Assembly: GCF_009834535.1 (NCBI RefSeq) | Contig: NC_045696.1 | Span: forward strand, 72,170,001 to 72,234,000 | Origin: Camelus ferus | Taxonomy: Eukaryota | Direction: 5' to 3' | Length of the DNA: 64,000 nt | In this document: positions 51,736 to 64,000 of the stretch, piece after piece | How the letters are laid out: each line of letters opens with the position of its first letter | Position numbering within the stretch: the stretch's first letter is position 1 | The notes under the pieces: generated by a model | What the model was told of the DNA's origin: nothing | Databases searched by the model: none | The model's input: only the letters and a program-made list of their open reading frames with translations | Position numbers and translations under genes: made by a program

Positions 51736-54700
51736 ATGCTCTTCAGATATTGTAAAGAAACAAAAATACGAACATAACTACTTTTATTCATCTGCAAGTG
51801 GTCTGGTTAAAATTAGGCTGGGAAATTTTTATTTATGTGCGACTAAAGTTTGTCAATACAACATAAGAAATAGAAATCTAGAGGACACTTTTTGTATTAT
51901 TATTTAACTATGTCCCAAATTTCAAAAAGTAGAAGTGGGAGGAGTTGATTCTAAATGCCATGGTGGAATATGGTAAGAAGTTATCTCAGGGTAACTGTAT
52001 AAAGATCATAACTGTAGTTCAAATTTTCAGGAACAGAATAAGCACTCAAGGTAGTGTTTTGGTCTAAGCATTTTTCAAGAGCAACATTATATACCTCATA
52101 TTAATCCAAGGAGCGTAATATAGAGTATATATTCTATATAACTCTTTAGTGTTGATGGAATCAATTTAGTGTGTCATGATCAGTGTTTCTAAAAAACAGA
52201 ATAGAAAATATTAGAATGTATTATGCAGTGTAAATAATATGTATTGTTTTCTGAAACATTTGTTTCAGCAGGTACACACACACACATGCACATCAGATCA
52301 CAATATAAAAATAATTTATTTTTATTGGTTGTGGTTGGAAAGGTTTGAAAACATTGAGGTTGGAATACATAGGACTTACTGCAAGCACCAGCTGCAAACG
52401 AAAGAAAGTGCATTTGGAGTCAGTGGTAGTTCACTAATTCCACAGCTATTTCTTAAATGTATTGAACACCAAATATATGCCTAACAACTGACTAAAAGTA
52501 GGAGGAGACACAAATGCAACTTTAAGGTGAGCCCCTTTTCTCTGGGGAGAGTTTACAATCTAGTTGGAAAGAGAAGTTGCAGAGAGGAATCAATTAAATA
52601 ACAGTCAAATGTAGTATGGGATTAAGTTCTAAAAACTAAACTGATAATAATCACTAATTTCAGAAAATGGATGTGGGCAATAGCAGCTGGGAAGAGTTCA
52701 GAGGAAAGGATCTGAATTTGAATTGAACTTGAAATGAAGGTGGGAGGGAAAGGCTTTCCAACTGGAAGAATTGCAGAAACCTCAAAATGTTTGAGGTACA
52801 ACTAATTTGGAGTAGTAAGAGGTGAGGTTGAGTGAGTAAAGGCATGGTGTTAGGAGAGTTTCTGGCTAGTCACAGGAGTTTACCAGAAATGGTCAATCCC
52901 TGGAATTTTCTGAACAATGAAGTGACAAGATGAAATTAGAGTGTTAGTCCATAGACATTATATGTGATACAGTGAAGAGAGAAGAAAGGGCAGATAGGAA
53001 ATTATTGCTAGGGTGAAGCATCAAGTTTAGAAGTACTGGACTGTTGAAGAGCCAGAAGTAAAGCATATTCTAGGAAGTTGTGCTCTGGTGACAGACGAGG
53101 AAACCTGAAACTTAAGTCATTTCAAGTGAGGTGACAGACCTTTCCAAGAGAATAACAGCATCACACAACAGCCACTGAATTAATGGTATGGTTCTTTTTC
53201 TTGAGTAAACTTGTTAATATAATTCTGTGATAGTTATACCTGTGAGATGTTTTTTTTCCCAGGGTGAGACGGGAAATCTCCTGGTTTGCTGTTAATAGAG
53301 ATTCTTAGGTATAACAAAGACAAACAAAGAGGGATATTTTTCTTGATCAGAACATCTTGGACTATCAATAGAAAGCACAGACTGTGTGCTTGTTAACACC
53401 AAGATTCCTGGCTCATTCATTTTGGAACCCATAGTGTCTAAAAGGTACTCAACAGATGTTTCTTAAATGAATCAATAAGTTAATGCCAATACCTAAGTAG
53501 TTAGGGAAAAAATACCTTGTTCAGGAATAGCAAAGTGATATAAAGCAAAGTATACTGAATGATTTCAGTGGATCCTAAGCTATGCAGTAAGACCACTGAT
53601 CACCATCTTTTAGACTCAGGGCGCTCTCTGTTTTGTGCCTGTCAGAACTCTTCAAGGTTCAGTCTGATTGGAGGACAGTGAGCCTTGCGAATCTGCTGCC
53701 TTAATTATTTCTACATCGATGGAGGAGCCATCAGTTGGGCCCTAGAATCTTCTCTCATTTTTAAAAGGACAGCTTTCTACTTTTTCAAAATCATAAATCT
53801 AGTAATTATAAATTATTATACTTAAAAAGCAGTTTCCTTCTGGTTAACTATCATTCCAGAATTTCCAGACCAGACTTTAGGCGAAGAAAAAAGACATAAG
53901 GCAAGCTTTTCCAGTACCGACCAGGATTACATATTTTATCACCTTATGAAAAAATTCATTAGGAACATTATCACATTACATATTTGCAACTGCTCTTGAA
54001 ATTTTTTCAAACAGGTGTCAGTGGTAGACTAAGTTATATATATGAATGCAGTTTTAGTTTTTGGCTATTTATGCTGATACAGAACTGAAACTCAAAGCCA
54101 CTGTGAGAGTTAGGGTCCATAAAAATGATCTCTTTCTTGAAAAGTCAAAATATGTAAAGCATAAATATATTCTGAGCTGTACACTGACAAATGATTAGGA
54201 TGATAAATCTTAGATGTGTATCATAATAAAAAATGGGGGAAAAAAAGGCTGCACAGGGAGGTTTGTTAACAGCTGCTTCATAGATTTTCTAGGCTAAACC
54301 AACACAGTTGTGTTCAACGGCAAAAATCTTAGCATTTGCCCCTTTATCTGTATTAGAATAGATCTAAAATTCTTTTCTGAGGAAAATCTTGGCTTAGCTT
54401 GCAAATATTTTCTCAGTTCTCCTCCGTTTCCTTAACTTTTATAAAACAACGTCCCCGATTCTGCTGAGTACTAATGGAAATGAATAGGGCCTAAATTGTC
54501 AACACGCTTGTCTGCTTTGCAGCTATCAGAAATGCTCAGTTGGGAGAAGTAATGTTAATGGAGGATTTCCTGAGGACTCTACACTCTCTTCTGGTGTTGG
54601 AAATTTTATCTTTAGATTAAAGAAAAATGATCAGAAATCTGCCTTTAGATAGTCTTGTTTTGGCTCTTGCTGTGGTTCCTGTTACTGAACCGCAGTTTAG

Positions 54701-55963
54701 GATCACATGAACAGCTTAAGTCTAGAGACATAGGAGAAGCAGCCTCCGAAATCCCACGACTGCTTTCGCCATGGAGCTGCAGCTGAGGACATCACACTGA
54801 GAAATTCATTACCACAAATGACTCGGCTTCTCTTGAGCAACTCGTTTGTTTTATAACCTCCTGAGTGTTTTCAATTATGTAATTGAATGTGCTTCCTTCT
54901 ACTGTTGTGTTGGTCATTTAAAAATTTAGGGGCTCATGGCAAGTGCCCACGCACTACCATGTACATTTTATGAATTACTTTTACCTTGACTTCTTATTTT
55001 GTCTACTCTTAGTTTCCCTTTGGCTGGTTACTCCACCTCCTTTCTATCTTCTTATATCAATTATTTTGTTAAGTTATCTTCAGTCTTTTCTGAATAGAAG
55101 GAATAAAGGAAAATATAAGCTAATCATTCATTATTATAAGTCATAAAGATTAATTTTAAGATAACAATAAGCCCTGAGTAATCTAATCTGAAGATTATGT
55201 GATTTCCTTTACCTCCACACAATTACATATGTATTTTCATTGCTTTACAATGAGTATAAATGTTAATTTGTGTGAGTAGGAGATTGACTGGGAGGAAACA
55301 ATGAGTAAAGGCTGAAGCCAGGTTAGGCAGTATGTGAAAGGAGGAAAAAACTGTGAGCAAGAAGAAAACAGGCTGAATCAAAGGGAGAGAAATCAAGAAC
55401 TGTGTTTGTTAAGGTTGTAAGAAGTAGAATGGGTTGGAAGTTGAGTCTTGAGAAATACTAATTCACAGAGACTTCTGTATGGGAAACAGGAAGAAAGTGG
55501 CTACTTGTTCAAGAGGTTTTTGGTAACAGCTTACCACTAAGGAAGGATGTGGGAAATTCACAGTAATACCAGCAAGGGGATATCAGAGAGCAGGTGAGGG
55601 TGGAGTGGAGCAGACCCCTGGGTAATCCTGGATAACAGATTTAAAGCCTGTTGCTCCCTTGGTGCTCAGGGAGGCTGAGAAGGGCCCTGGGATGTACTGA
55701 AGACAGTGGCTGGGTTTTTGGGGGGTTAGGATGCTGAGACAGAAACAGAATGAAGCCAGGAGGAGAAGTCACACTTCTCAGGTGAGTCAGGTGAGAACAA
55801 GATCTCAACTGGAGAGAGCGGAGATCTGGGGCTGGACCTACAAGAACCCAGAGCAGGAGATCCTTGAGCATTCCCAGCATTTAACCTAGGGCCTGGCACA
55901 CAGTATGTGTTCAGAAATTTTTTCATTACATAAATAAAGCTGTACCAAATTGAACCTGTCTGA

Positions 55964-56122
55964 TTTTTTTGTTTGTTTGGGGGTTTTGTTTGTTTGTTTT
56001 TGAAGGGGGAGGTAATTAGGTTTACTTATTTATTTATTTTTGATGGAGGTACTGGGGATTGAACTGAGGACCTTGTGCATGCTAGGCATGCACTCTACCA
56101 CTGAGCTATACCCTCTTCCCCC
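55964..56122 (-). mobile_element. tRNA-derived SINE (camelid Vic-1-like)
   Basis: Same body (GGGGAGGTAATTAGGTTT...GGGGATTGAAC...CACTCTACCACTGAGCTATACCC) with (CAAA)n tail. Confidence 0.9.
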
Positions 56123-58134
56123 CTGAAGTCTGTATCTGTGTTACTGTGATTACCCACTTGCCTGTGGTTGATATCCTGACGTAGCTCTCATGGCAAGACG
56201 GCCATTTGTTGTGCAGATATGACAGGATCTGGATGAATCAGCCTTTGGAAATGATTCCCTAAAGAGGAGAAGAAAGAGATGAATTGGGCTGTGGTCTTGG
56301 CCACTTTTGGGTCCTTTCACATGCTGTATGCACCTCTGGAAATCTCTTCTGATATCCTCTACCTTGGTTAATTTTTCATCATTTAAGTCTCAGCTTAGAA
56401 GTTACCCTTCAGAGAAGGTTTGGTTCCCTTGCAGAGCTGGGTTAAGACATTTGCAAACTCTAAGCACTTAAAAGATCCTAGTGGCTACCCCACCACCAAC
56501 CTAAATATGAATTGAAACACACAAAAAATGTGTGAAACTTTTAGCTGTCTTTGAAATGACATACTACAAAATGTACACCTATCCTGGATAACTTCTTTCT
56601 GGATTTTCTTCTGATTAAAGTCATTTCCCTCTGTCTCTCTTGCTCACACATGCTGCCCTATTCTTTCTCTGTCTCTCTCTCTCTGTTTCTTTTTTTCCTG
56701 AGCCTCTGCTAGTGCCCCAAGCAATTGCTGAGTCAACTGTCTGCGCTCTCCCTATTAAGCATTCCCAGTGTTCCATTGCTCTCCAAGTACTTCGCACACT
56801 GGTAATCATGTAATTGTTTGCTGCCATCTGTTTAATGTCCATCTTCCCTGTGACACTGTATTCTTCTGTAGAACAAGGTCTCAGTTTGTGAAGTTTAGGA
56901 GCTCAAATTTTGGTTCCTTGAACAGCTGTTCTGTAAAATGTAAACAACATTTAAGTGACTAATGAATAAATCAGGGAATCTTGTAGAGTGATAAATTGGA
57001 CTTTTAAAGAGGGGATAAAAGAAGATGATGATCTACTAGGTGAGAAAAACAAATGAAATTAAGAGGTACTTTCTTCTACTATACTAATTTACTCAGAGAC
57101 CTCACAGACTATTTAATGTTGCTATTCTGGTGAGGTAAATTGATTTCCTCTAATAATTCCTAGTCAAATATATCATAAATCTGCCATTACAGTCAATATG
57201 TAACTGATAGTTTTATAAGACCCATTTATAAAGTCTTACTAAGGACTCTCCTATTCTGGCCCAGATGCTTCATTCTAGCTCTCTCCCTCCACCCTTACCT
57301 CTTCTGCCACTGTTCAGTTATTTAACAAATGTTTTTGAGCATTAAGTAGGTGCTAGCCATTGTGCTAGGTACCTGGGCTAATATTCCCACACATCTTGCA
57401 CTCAAGGGGTTCACAGTTTAGGCCTGGAGCACTGTCTTAGCATTAAGTTATTAACAGTTACACATTTTTACATCAGTCATCTTAAATATAGTAAAAATAT
57501 TATGTGAAAGTATTCAGAAATGTACTAACTTGTACCTATGTACGAAATTACAGGTACATGGAGTAAAGAAGGTCCAAAGGAAGGTAAAGTTTAAAAATGT
57601 CTTAGTTCTATCACCTCCAACTTCAGACCTGCTTGTTCACCGACCAGATCCTTAGTGATTCAACTGGGACGTGGTAACTTTTTCACATGAGGCAATGTTT
57701 CTTGCCAATCAGCACGCACACACTTGGTGACCTTGCATGAAGAAACATCCTGTCTGCGGAAAAGGAGGTTGCGCCTCATCTACATAAAGCGGGGCTGATG
57801 GTGTTGACAGAATATGCATATTTATGTATATATATGTGTATAAGTATGTGCTAAGAGGGGAAGATACGAGGAGGTGATATGTGCAGGTTTTATTTCTTAG
57901 CTCATTTGATTTTCATCCAGAGTTATCGACGAGTGTAAAGTTGTAGGCTCAATCCTCAGAGGTGATTGTTAGCTTTACAAGGAAGAGAACTTTATCCTAT
58001 GACCATAGCTTGTACCGCCAGCCCCAAAATAGGACAGAGAGAGCAGGTAGCTTAGTGGAATCACCAACATGACCAGAAATTCAATTCAGTCATATAATGG
58101 CCGGTCAATATTATCATTGTACATAAAGGGGAGG

Positions 58135-58239
58135 GTTGGGGTGGGTATGGCTCAGTGGTAGACCATGTGTTTAGCATGTGAGGTCCTGGGTTCAATCCCC
58201 AGTATCTCCATTAAAAAAAAAGATTCTCATCACAAGTAA
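58135..58239 (+). mobile_element. Short tRNA-derived SINE (same family, short form)
   Basis: GGTATGGCTCAGTGGTAGA...GGTTCAATCCCCAGTATCTCCATT then A10; TSD ATAAAGGGGAGG 58123-58134 / 58240-58251. Confidence 0.85.
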
Positions 58240-61200
58240 ATAAAGGGGAGGAGATTACTGTTAGATGCATCTGTCTGTGACTTTCCTTTGTCCTGTGGAA
58301 AAAAGAGGGAAAAAAACCTCATAATCACAATAGGAAAGGTAAACAATGTGTCAAACACACACATATGTATATGTTTTCCTCTATATTATTTTATGTATGC
58401 TGTTTTTATTAATTTACCTGTACAGAAAGATGTAAATCTAGTTTAACCTTGAATAATATAATAATACATGTGGATTCTAATGACTAGGCCTTAGTCCAAC
58501 CAGTAATTAATGACAACTTCAGTGAATGTGAGTGCTCCACATGGGTGCATTCGAATTCTGAATGGCATCCTGTTTTTACTTTTTTGAATTGTTTTGATAT
58601 GTCAGACAAGAAAATGCAACTTTTCTCCTGTTATTTAATTAAATTGTATGTTGAGAGAGATGCCAGAGTTTAAGTTGCATCCATCCATTTTAGCTCCATC
58701 TGTCGCGTTTTATCCAGTTGCTATTTAAACTCTGATACAGTACTTCATTTGTAGTTTTGATATTGTCCCTACTATCTTCCCTAAAATGAATCCTCCATTA
58801 CTGACCCCTAAACATGCTCTTTTGCTCCTCAGCATCGGGGGGGTGTGCTGGTCCAGTACCAGAAAGAACCTCTTCTTACCTGAGGCCAGCATTTGCTGCT
58901 ATTGAGCACCTGTTTTAATATAACTTTGATGCTTTATTCATGTTAATATTAATTTAATATTATTAAGAATTAATATAATTATCAGAGGTGAACAAAATAA
59001 AGCCTGTGCTTGTTCCTCTTTATTCACCTGTCTCAAATTTCTATTGATTAATTGTTACATGGAGAGTAAAAGTATGCTTAATTAGATTAAATTTGCCTAA
59101 TTATAGAAAGATGCAGTTTAACTGTAATGCAGTAATCACACTAACACGTACCTTCTTGTAACTAACAGATAAGTTTTCTTCATAACAAATTTAATTATTC
59201 ATAAACGAAGAGATCTTCTCAATATGGTGCTCAGGGAAAATAACTGTGGAGTAAAAGACGTCTTTTGTAAAAATACAGTGCTGACAGGCTCAAAGACTGT
59301 TACTTCTTTGTATTTCTTCTCCAACAACATCATCTCAGTGGATAATAGAGGATCTTCCATAGTGCTCTTACCTATGTTTCTTCTCTGTATCCCCAGTTAG
59401 TTTCAGCTTCCTTCTCTGTAAGCAATTTCCTTTATTTCATCATTCAGATAGACTGAGTCTTTGGAAAGCTAGTACATCAACAGAAGCCAGAAAATTATGT
59501 ATCACACTGTGTATTTAATAACGGTGTACAACCTGATTACTGAGTACACTTTTTAAAAGTTTTCTGTTTAAACAGCTTATACAATAGGAACCTTTGTTCC
59601 CTCAGGATTACTTGAGTAGAAAAATCCCTTTAAGGCTATGACAGAACTCATGGTATAATATTGAATAATCAGTAATGCAAACTAGCTTTGAGCTTACCAG
59701 CAAAGCTCAAAGAAGGAGAAAAAACTGAATCAAAACTGAAAGTAAGACCCTCAGTTCTGGCTCTGGGTGTCCTTAGGTGATTGGTTGATGCCCTTAGACA
59801 CAAAGTCCCTCACAGCAATGGTGATGATTGCTGCCTGATGGAGTAAAATAAAATAATGTGTTGACCTTTCCTACTGTATCTGAAATAAAGTTCCTAAGAA
59901 GAAAATAATGTTCTTTTTAAAAGCTGTAGATAAGTTCAGTAGAATTTCACTTCATCTTACCTACATTTTCCAAACCACTAGACCACTAACTGTTCAATGG
60001 AGACTTTAAGGTCATTGTAAAATGAGATGGCAGTTTGGTAATTAATTGATTTAATATTGAGTGTCAGGACACAATTGAGGCTCAAAGCCCACAAAACCCA
60101 CATCCATTGAATTATCTTGTTTTGAATGTACTCTTAAGGAAAAACAAGCAAGTGATTTTAAAATAGCTATTTCATTTTGTATAACTGTAGTCTGAGGAAA
60201 TGTTAAATTGTGTAGTCTGAGGAAGCTTTCAGAAGACTCTCAAGATGTGAACTGATGTATTTCATTAAGGAAAAATCATTACCTGCTTGCTAACTTAGCC
60301 AAAAATATGATTTATCTCTAACACAAACTACCAGATATGAAAAAATATACCATTGGATTTTAACTTATCAATAACAATTAATCAAGATTCAAGTTACTTT
60401 AAGGATGCAAGAACTGATTTATTTTGTCACTTCCCTTTTATTGTGCCTTCTCTGGACTTACAGTCAACAATTTGTCAGATGCAATTATATTTATAAATGT
60501 AATTTTCTTTTGCACTATTTGACAAACTAGGTATATTCCCAGATTATAAAATGTTTTATAGGAGTTACTTTTCGTTTTTCTTAAAATTATTCCCTAGTTT
60601 TCATATTATTTCCCACAGTCCTTATGAGTACAAGTAATCACTTAGTAGCTAGAAAAGCTGTGATATATGCAATATTTACTTGGCCCTGATTGGTCTTTTA
60701 ATCCACCCACACAATTTGGTATTCAGCCTTACCAAGAATTTCAGTTTACAAAAGTAACATTTTTATATACTTTTAAACTCGGCTTACTTTTATATAATTT
60801 TAACGTCTAAAATCCAAATACCAGATGTTGAAAATTCTTGGCATTATATTTTGCTTCTCTACTTCTGTGTCTCGTCTCTTTGTCTTCCTATCCATTTCTG
60901 ATAAAAAGCTAGCCTCCAATTTAGCATACATCAATGCTCAGGTCACCAACACAACCCCCTGTCACATACACAACCCCATCCTTAGTAGTAAAGGAAATTC
61001 AAATGCTACTATTACAGTGCTGTGTATCTTTTACAGGCTGTTACTTAGCACCCACACATAAATCAACAAATTTGCCAACTACAAAGTTCACTCTCATTTA
61101 ACAAAGTGCAATAAGCCCCCCAGGATGCGATATCCCTCACCTCTGTGCCAAAGCAGGAAAATTTGATTAGGGGAAAAGCAGAAATGCCCTGGACGTGGTG

Positions 61201-64000
61201 AGAGAAGCAGTTCATTTTGTCCATTTTTTACACTTGGAAAGAGAATAAGCCGGAAGACCTTTGGAAGACCCATATGTGTAGCATCCGGGGCCCGGCCAAG
61301 GTGTCTTAATGGAGGTTCTAGTCTGGCTCTTTTTCTGGGACAGCAGCCTGTGCCCATCTCTTCCAGGTCTATTCAAGTCTGCAGTGGGGCTTTTGGCTCT
61401 ATCTGAACCCTGTGGGACCAGCTGAGGTGCCAGCCTGCAGCAGCACCAAGCAACGTCAGCAGCAGGGGTGAGAGACCCACCTGGTATCTCTCCTAGGCTC
61501 TGAGTAACACCTGTGGCCCTAAGGCTGTGGCCCCACAGCTCTCTGGTGGTAGGTAATCCTGGGAATTAACAACAGCATTTAGGAAGGGATGCAGCCTGCC
61601 CCACCATCAACTTTCTGCAGGTTCAAGGTGGCAGTAGGCAAGATCTGACCTCAAAGAGTTGTAGGAACAACACCTGAAACTGGAGCTTTTCCTCACCATT
61701 CCACCCAGAGAGGTCAGGATTGGTAGGGAGCAGTCAAAGCAGGCACTACTGTGGTCGCTGAGACTGCAGCAAGGAGAGGTGGGAATGCCCTGGGACCCCA
61801 ATGGAAGACAGAAGGGACCTGGATGGGGAGAGCTGAATCGCTAGCGAGTACGCTGGACAGGCCCTCAGCTGGTGATGACCATGTGATCTTCATTTCTTTG
61901 CACTGTTTTTCCCCCTGGGAACCTGAGAAGTGTCTGTTTAAAAAAAGTCACCCAAGTTGTGGGAAGTTCTGTTGTGTTTAGGGCCACAGTCAGATTACAT
62001 TGTCCAGTCATACATAGTCATGAAAATACTCCCAGAATGGTGAATTTCCTCCTTATCCTTTGTGAAAAACCATGAAACATGCACAAGAGCAGCCATCATT
62101 TCAACATATAGTTATTGAGGACCTACTATGTGCCACAAGCTCTATTTGCTACCATATAGATCAAGGGAGGTGGGACAAGGGAGGCCTGTGTCACCTGAAG
62201 GAGACAGAAAAGGAAGTCAACTTCTGGATGTCATCCCTGTGCATCCACCATTCTGTCTGCATTCAGCAGATCACCTGGAGTGCACTGTGCTCACTAGTAA
62301 GGGTGTAGACAATTTGGAATAGAAAAGGTTTGCCTGATACATCAATGCAGAGGGGATTACCTGAGGAAGACTTGGAAAATTTACTATTCCACAGAGTCAG
62401 CTCCAGACATCACAGGTTAGAAAATGTTTCATCAGAATATTTTGAAGTTGATCAGACTGGGGATGTTCAATTTAGCAAAGCTCTCAAAAGACTGACATAT
62501 GAAATCAGAAAGGTATTTTATTAATTTACAGTGAGAAGTAAAATCTTCAGGGATTGGAGGGCCCTTTTTTTTTTTCCCTTTCATTCTCTGAATGGAAACC
62601 CCATAAGAAGCCAAACAATCAGAAGATACCTTGAGGATCATAGGCTTAGAAAGGAGGTATTTATGAGAGACTTATATTTACTGGCATCATATTAAGATAG
62701 CCCAATGCACACATTTCTGCTCTAAGGAAATACTTACCAGGCAGTCCAGATACTAAGTAGAAGCTGTCTGGGTTCCCTTTTTTCAAGACACAAATTAACT
62801 GGGCTCTGCCAGTATTTACACTGTGAATCTCCTTTTCCTATATTTTTGTGGCAGACCAGGTCTCACTACCATTTTCACCTTCACTCTCTTAATTAGGTGG
62901 CAGGCTATTTTATTTCATTAAGGGGCATCTCAGTGTTGATTTTTGTTTTAAAACCCAGAGGGCAATCTTATTTCTCATTCTTCCAGTTTATCTCCTTATC
63001 GAATGTAATATGACTTACAAGAGTGATTACTAAACTTTTAGCTATTAATTATTTTGACATCATTTCCAGTTTTACGTTAGTTTCAGAAATGGAAGAAATA
63101 GCATAGAAATAGAGTGCATCATTAACAAGCTAGGTTTAAAATTAGGGTTTTCTAATGCCTAATCCTTTGATAAATTCACTAGTTTTTGAAAGTTAATTAT
63201 ATGTTATTATTACTCTTTTAATTAGCACGCTTACTATTTAATTGGGCACTAAGGTGCCAATTAAAAGAAGAAAAGTCTATTGTATACTAGGGAAAACAGT
63301 TGATTAAATTTCCTAGAAGTAAAACCCATGGGAGATATAAAATGTTCTGTAAAATCATTGTCAACTGGGCATTCTCTCACTATGACTGTGTCTCTGGGTT
63401 AAGAAAACTGCTAAGGCCAGCAAACTGTTCAAAGTGGATAAGCAAAAATCCTTGTCAGTTTTAAATCAGCTCAAGTTAGTTTGTTTGCTTAACACTGAGC
63501 ACGCTGACTGGTACACAAGATCTAGCCTAGCACCAGGTCAGGTAGCTACTCTGTAAGTGCTCTCTCCAGAGTCTTCTCCACCTCTTGATTACTTCTATGG
63601 ATTAGGCCAGAGCTACTGTTTGGCTTGGAAAGTCACCTTCCCAGGGGAGCAGGCAGTACATTGACTTGTATCTGGATGGTCGCAGGATTGGTTGTTAAAT
63701 CCACTAGGCTTTCCAATGGGGGTAAAAAAAGGGAGGTGATATTATCATATATTTAAACCCTCAGGGAATCTTCCTTCCCCAAATAGTACCCTCTGCTCCC
63801 ATCCTTAAGAAACCCAATGTATTAGTTAAAATTTGCTAAATTGACTTTTTTCAGAACTGTTTTTTTTTAAATTTTTCATTTTATATCTACCCCACTTTTT
63901 TCTTAATAGGAATATATAAAGGTGAATAGTTTTGTTTTTCAGTATAAATTTCTGATCCCAAGTTCAAGGATATAACTGAATGTAAGAAGATTCAGGGTTG

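Noticed and set aside
63240..63262. Imperfect palindrome AATTGGGCAC-TAAG-GTGCCAATT
   Set aside because: Too short and imperfect to exceed chance in 64 kb
50694..64000. Short ORFs upstream of the promoter as a divergent gene
   Set aside because: No recognisable protein similarity or consistent exon structure; region contains MIR/L2/SINE remnants

Overview
Mammalian genomic DNA, most likely camelid: four copies of a tRNA-derived SINE match the camelid Vic-1-type layout as recalled, so the species is an inference. The window holds the CpG-island promoter and the first 12 coding exons of the P4-ATPase phospholipid flippase ATP11B on the minus strand (ATG at 49994, exon 12 ending at 973). All 12 exons have canonical GT/AG boundaries and splice into one open 1200-nt (400-aa) frame; the gene continues off the left edge. 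Intron 7 carries a young, full-length (~7.1 kb) LINE-1 antisense to the gene, with a perfect 13-bp TSD and a few frame-disrupting lesions. Intron 2 carries a twin-primed (5'-inverted), internally deleted L1 with a nested insertion. Intron 1 carries a probable short mRNA 3'-end retrocopy inserted in an old L1. About 13.5 kb upstream of the promoter is repeat-rich intergenic DNA with no supportable gene. I found no evidence of a novel multi-gene system; the points of interest are retrotransposon architecture and 5'-UTR regulatory features.
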